Shown here piece after piece: positions 59,863-64,000 of a DNA stretch of 64,000 nucleotides. This stretch comes from an uncultured Hyphomicrobiales bacterium (GTDB taxonomy: Bacteria; Bacteroidota; Ignavibacteria; Kapaibacteriales; UBA2268). The position numbers and the translations under genes are program-made. Every line of letters starts with the position of its first letter. Within the stretch, counting starts at the first letter, position 1. The notes beneath the pieces are model-generated. The model had not been told where the DNA came from, did not search any database, and saw only the letters and a list, made by a program, of their open reading frames with translations. Location: assembly GCA_964581505.1 (NCBI GenBank), contig CAZOOR010000004.1:3610-67609 (forward strand). Direction: 5' to 3'.

Positions 59863-61692
59863 ATGAAACTATATACACTGATATTTACGCTTTTAATTCT
59901 TTCGGTAAATTTCGTTTATTCGGAAACAAGTTTCCACACACAATTGAATTCCAACAATGTTTCTGTCGGGGATAGAATAGAAGTATCATTTGTTTTGGAA
60001 AATGCGAATGGTAGTGGCTTCAAGGCTCCGAGTTTCAAGGGGTTTTCGGTTTTGAGCGGTCCTAACCAATCTCAAAGCACACAGTGGATAAACGGAGTAA
60101 CGAGCAGTTCCATTACATATTCATATATTTTATCAGCTGACCAATCGGGTAAATTCACAATTAATTCGGCATATATTACAGTAAATGGTAAACGCTTTAA
60201 GACACAGCCGGTAACAATTACAGTAAGAAAGGGTAATAAACAAACTAAAAAAGAAAAATCGGGAGATGTTAATCTTAATTCGCAAGCAGAAAAAATAGTA
60301 CGTAAAAATCTGTTCTTAAAATTATATGTAGATAAAAGTCAGGCTTATGAAGGTGAACCGATTGTTGCAACCTATAAATTGTATGTGCATCCGCAATTGC
60401 AATTAGTCAATTTGGGACAACCTACAATGCCGACATTTAACGGGTTCTGGACACAGGATTTGGGAATTAAGGAATTAAAATTCCATACTGAGACACTAAA
60501 TGGTATCCCCTATCGCGTTGCGGATTTGAAGAAAGTGGTATTACTTGCGCAACAGAGCGGTGATTTAAAAATTGAGCCTATGAAAATTGAATCAGTTGTC
60601 AGATTGGAAATCAAAGGACGCAGACGTAGAAGCAATAGTCCATTTGGCGATTCTTTCTTTGATGATTTCTTTAATCGGAATTATCGTGATTTTAAATTCA
60701 CAATAACATCACGCAGTACAAAAATTCATATTAAAACTCTACCAGCCGGAGCGCCGGAGAATTTTACGGGTGCTGTTGGTGTTTTCAATGTCAAGACCTC
60801 TATTGATAAGAATAAAGTAAAAACCGGTGATGCAGTTACTCTAAAAGTGAAAATATCAGGCATAGGCAATCTGAAACTAATTGATGCTTTGCCATTGGAC
60901 TTGCCACCGGATATTGATATGTTCGACCCGAAAATCAGCGATAATATCAATGTATCAAATTCGGGAATGTCCGGCAATAAATTATTTGAATATTATCTAA
61001 TACCACGTACACCCGGCAAGTACAAAATAAAACCACTTGTTTTTTCCTATTTCGATTTGAAAGAAAAAAAATATAAGACATTAAGTTCAGATGAATTTGT
61101 CATCTCAGTTTCGCAGGGTTCGGGCAATTCCTCTTCAATTGTTTCCGGCGTAAATAAAAAAGATGTCAAATATTTGGGTAAGGATATACGGTTTATCAAG
61201 ACAAGTTGGTCAGGTGAAACTATGTCAAAAGCAGGTTTTTCTTCATCAATATTCTTTTATATGCTTTTATTATTAGCACCGATTATATATTTCATTATAT
61301 TTTTCTATGCAAAACGGCGGGAGGAACTGAATCGCGATGTTATGTTGATGAGAAACAGAAAAGCCAGTGCAGTTGCCAAAAAAAGGCTATCAGTAGCACG
61401 AACATATATTGAGAAAAATTCCGAGAATGAATTTTATGAAGAAATTTCAAAAGTGCTAACAGGATATACTGCGGATAAATTATCTATTCCACTCTCGCAA
61501 TTTACGCGTGAGAATGCTCTTATGGAATTAAATAAATACAATGTTGATAATGATACAATTGAACGTCTATTATCCACTATTGATTATTGCGAGTCTGTAA
61601 GATATGCACCGACATCTGAAAAACTCTCAATGCAAGAAGTTTATGATAAAGCATCAAAAATAATTACGGATTTGGAGGGAATTCTACGATGA
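59863..61692 (+). CDS. batD: BatD-family protein (aerotolerance-operon-associated, DUF4381-like)
   Basis: 609 aa; signal peptide, large extracytoplasmic domain, single TM near C-terminus then cytoplasmic tail; overall collinear with Bacteroides BatD. Confidence 0.65.
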   Translation: MKLYTLIFTLLILSVNFVYSETSFHTQLNSNNVSVGDRIEVSFVLENANGSGFKAPSFKGFSVLSGPNQSQSTQWINGVTSSSITYSYILSADQSGKFTINSAYITVNGKRFKTQPVTITVRKGNKQTKKEKSGDVNLNSQAEKIVRKNLFLKLYVDKSQAYEGEPIVATYKLYVHPQLQLVNLGQPTMPTFNGFWTQDLGIKELKFHTETLNGIPYRVADLKKVVLLAQQSGDLKIEPMKIESVVRLEIKGRRRRSNSPFGDSFFDDFFNRNYRDFKFTITSRSTKIHIKTLPAGAPENFTGAVGVFNVKTSIDKNKVKTGDAVTLKVKISGIGNLKLIDALPLDLPPDIDMFDPKISDNINVSNSGMSGNKLFEYYLIPRTPGKYKIKPLVFSYFDLKEKKYKTLSSDEFVISVSQGSGNSSSIVSGVNKKDVKYLGKDIRFIKTSWSGETMSKAGFSSSIFFYMLLLLAPIIYFIIFFYAKRREELNRDVMLMRNRKASAVAKKRLSVARTYIEKNSENEFYEEISKVLTGYTADKLSIPLSQFTRENALMELNKYNVDNDTIERLLSTIDYCESVRYAPTSEKLSMQEVYDKASKIITDLEGILR

Positions 61693-62450
61693 AATTATTC
61701 CTTATTATTTTTACGTTCTTAGCGGCTATAGTTAATACATCTGCGGAGCAGATTGACAATAAAAGTATCTTTGAGCGTGCAAACCAATTATATATCAATA
61801 AAGACTATGCAGGTGCTGTTCAAGAATACGAAAAATTAATTGATAACGGTTTTGAGTCGTTTGAAATATATTTTAATTTGGGTAATTCGTATTATCGTTT
61901 ACGTAAGACGTCTGATGCAATATATTTCTACGAGAAAGCAAAAAAACTAAAACCGGAAGATAAAGATATTAGATTTAATCTAAATGTTGCAAACCTGCGT
62001 GTAGTAGATAAATTCAAGACCGTACCGAAGTTTTTCCTTAGCGAGTGGTACGGGAACATGGTTAATGGCTTTTCGTCTGATACATGGGCATTATGGACTG
62101 TAATTTCTTTATGGGTGGCGATGATACTCTTTGTTGCATTTTTATTTGTATGGAGTCTGAAATTGAAGAAATCTATATTTGCAATTGCTTCACTATTTTT
62201 GATTGTATTTTTATTATCGCTTGTATTCACTTTCAACAGGATTAAAATTGAAAATACAGCAGACGAGGCGATAATATTCTCAACAAGTGTGTATGTGAAA
62301 AGTTCACCCGATGATAAGAGTACGGATTTATTTATTCTTCACGAAGGTACAAAGGTGAAGATTAAAGATAAAATAGGCGAATGGTTGGAAATTACACTGC
62401 CAAATGGAAATGTCGGCTGGATTCCTGCCGATAATATAAAAATAATTTAA
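61689..62450 (+). CDS. batE: BatE-like TPR + SH3b domain protein
   Basis: TPR repeats at N-terminus, 2 TM helices, C-terminal SH3-like (LHEGTKVKIKDKIGEWLEITLPNGNVGWIP); overlaps batD stop by 4 nt. Confidence 0.6.
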   Translation: MKLFLIIFTFLAAIVNTSAEQIDNKSIFERANQLYINKDYAGAVQEYEKLIDNGFESFEIYFNLGNSYYRLRKTSDAIYFYEKAKKLKPEDKDIRFNLNVANLRVVDKFKTVPKFFLSEWYGNMVNGFSSDTWALWTVISLWVAMILFVAFLFVWSLKLKKSIFAIASLFLIVFLLSLVFTFNRIKIENTADEAIIFSTSVYVKSSPDDKSTDLFILHEGTKVKIKDKIGEWLEITLPNGNVGWIPADNIKII

Positions 62451-62460
62451 CGCCGAAAAT

Positions 62461-64000
62461 TTATTTACCTTGATATTTTATTTTAAAATCGCTTACAGTC
62501 CATCGCGGTTTGATATGAATAAATCCGGGAATTTTTAAAAATTTCTCTGCCGGTTGCCAAGGATACGGTTTGCCAAAGTCATATTTTTCGTTTTTGTTTA
62601 TGTCTGACGCAATTTCAATAGTATAATCACCCTCCGGCAATCGCTCGAATTTCCACTTTTTCGATTTAGTGTAACAGATGAAAGGTGTGTTATTTATGTT
62701 ATTCTTATCCTTGGGGTACAGAGAGATGATGTAATGCCCATTATATCCCGAGCTGTCAATAATGATACCAGATAAGCCGCCATAGTTACGTTCATCGGCA
62801 GTTTTAAAAGTAAGTTGCAGAGTGGTATCAGTATTGACGAAAAGATTTCTGATTCCAATAGCATACTCGCTAATACTCTCCAAATTTTGTTCGGGTACTA
62901 TGCGAATGATGTTTTCTTGTGGTGTAATAAAGGAATATGGAACTTTGCTTTTATTTTTTGTTTGAATAAAATTAATAATGAGACTATCTTTTCTATGTAT
63001 GATGGAATTATTGAAAATAAAATCAATATATGCGGTAGTAGCAATGTTTTCACTACTATCAGCAGGGAATGATTGCACTAGTTTTAAATCATTTGTATCA
63101 ATGTCATTAACCGCATAAAAATATGCTGAAGAGACTGTATCCTGAATAATATTCCCGGACGAATCCCTAATTGCTTTACTGTCGTTTGTTAGTGCTTGCA
63201 GTTGCCATTTAGGTTTTGCGTCAAGGGCATTTTCGGTAATAATTAGCACTTTGTTTCTTGTCCCATTTAGCAAAAAGGCAGATTTTATTTTTGTTTCTTT
63301 TGTTCCGGTGCTATCAAGAATTATAAAAGACGCGGCTCTGATTGTCGAGGAATCAAGGGACTCGCTGAATTCGGTTAAAACAGTGCTTTTAGTCAAAGCT
63401 TCCGCACTATAAAGCATAGGTCCAATATCGTCAATCGGTTTAGATATTTTTAATTTAATATCCGGTGATAGCGTGTCATTAACAAACACATCATTTAATG
63501 CGGAAGCGAAGCCATCTGTTCCATGGTCATATTGTCCGTCTTTCATCATATCCCTGACGGCAAAGATTCTGTATTTACCGGGCTTCAATGCACCGAAAGA
63601 GAATAAACCGTTACTACCGATTTGCGTTCTGTATGTAGGTTTAGTATGTGCGGGATTGAGGGTATCCGAATTAATACCGAGCAGATAATACGCAAATACA
63701 AATGTACCTTCCGGCTTTTTAGAATAGAGCTTGCCTGTAATCTTGCAGCTATCAATTTTATTGCCAGTTGAGAAAATAATTGAATAAGACATATCCGGTT
63801 TATTTCCACGTAAGTCGGTGTAATCCGTACCTAAGGAAATGGAATATGTGGTTTGCGGTTTCAGTTCTTCAAGAAATTCCAAATATAGTTTTTTACCACT
63901 CCAATTAAAATTGACATCAATATCAGGAGAAATAAATATATTTTCAATCACTTTTGATTTATTCATATATTTACTAAATTCAAAAGCCACTTCATCAGCA
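62461..64000 (-). CDS. Large hypothetical protein, beta-rich/Ig-like; 5' end beyond window
   Basis: frame stays open to window edge (ORF-track start at 63990 is a GTG, no signal peptide), so likely N-terminally truncated here. Confidence 0.5.
   Translation of the reverse strand, partial: ADEVAFEFSKYMNKSKVIENIFISPDIDVNFNWSGKKLYLEFLEELKPQTTYSISLGTDYTDLRGNKPDMSYSIIFSTGNKIDSCKITGKLYSKKPEGTFVFAYYLLGINSDTLNPAHTKPTYRTQIGSNGLFSFGALKPGKYRIFAVRDMMKDGQYDHGTDGFASALNDVFVNDTLSPDIKLKISKPIDDIGPMLYSAEALTKSTVLTEFSESLDSSTIRAASFIILDSTGTKETKIKSAFLLNGTRNKVLIITENALDAKPKWQLQALTNDSKAIRDSSGNIIQDTVSSAYFYAVNDIDTNDLKLVQSFPADSSENIATTAYIDFIFNNSIIHRKDSLIINFIQTKNKSKVPYSFITPQENIIRIVPEQNLESISEYAIGIRNLFVNTDTTLQLTFKTADERNYGGLSGIIIDSSGYNGHYIISLYPKDKNNINNTPFICYTKSKKWKFERLPEGDYTIEIASDINKNEKYDFGKPYPWQPAEKFLKIPGFIHIKPRWTVSDFKIKYQGK

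Overview
AT-rich chromosomal window, probably from an FCB-group bacterium (Bacteroidota/Ignavibacteriota-like), read from the sequence alone. Clues: an 11-subunit NDH-1 operon with no nuoEFG; the Bacteroidetes-type exbB-exbD-exbD-tonB cluster followed by a PstS-like gene and a TPR gene; a T9SS C-terminal sorting domain; batD/batE. Most of the window is core housekeeping. 1-10057 holds nuoB(partial)-C-D-H-I-J-K-L-M-N. The minus strand from 10819 to 22472 carries TPR, PBP-like, tonB/exbD/exbD/exbB, STAS, prmC, pyrB, HU, pgsA, tpiA, an LptC-like gene and kdsA. After that come ftsK and recN, a wzz/wza polysaccharide-export pair, suhB-dapF and an M20 hydrolase, a TSP3-OmpA protein, rimM-trmD and a trpH-like PHP gene. 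A fermentation block runs buk-ptb-(ammonia lyase)-pta-ackA. Further on are two tRNAs (Glu-CTC, Met-CAT), etfBA, mscS, a Tat-Rieske plus cytochrome c pair, and batDE. The most unusual locus is a roughly 3 kb, visibly lower-GC insert at 38022-41038, between trpH and buk. It holds an 11-bp direct/inverted repeat array (TTCTACACTT), a Fic-family gene whose catalytic motif is degenerate (QPFVDGNKRTAR instead of HPFxDGNGRxxR), and a gene fusing a HARE-HTH N-terminus to a putative PD-(D/E)xK-like nuclease C-terminus. That gene pair is a candidate uncharacterised defence or toxin-like module. Other items worth a second look: a 1242-aa secreted WD40 beta-propeller protein with a T9SS sorting domain next to tRNA-Glu; three uncharacterised secreted/OMP genes upstream of that tRNA; an orphan MIO-type ammonia lyase inside the acyl-kinase/phosphotransacylase cluster; lysine-rich, histone-like tails on NuoI, NuoB and HU; His-rich insertions in NuoL; a degenerate HD-domain gene after recN.
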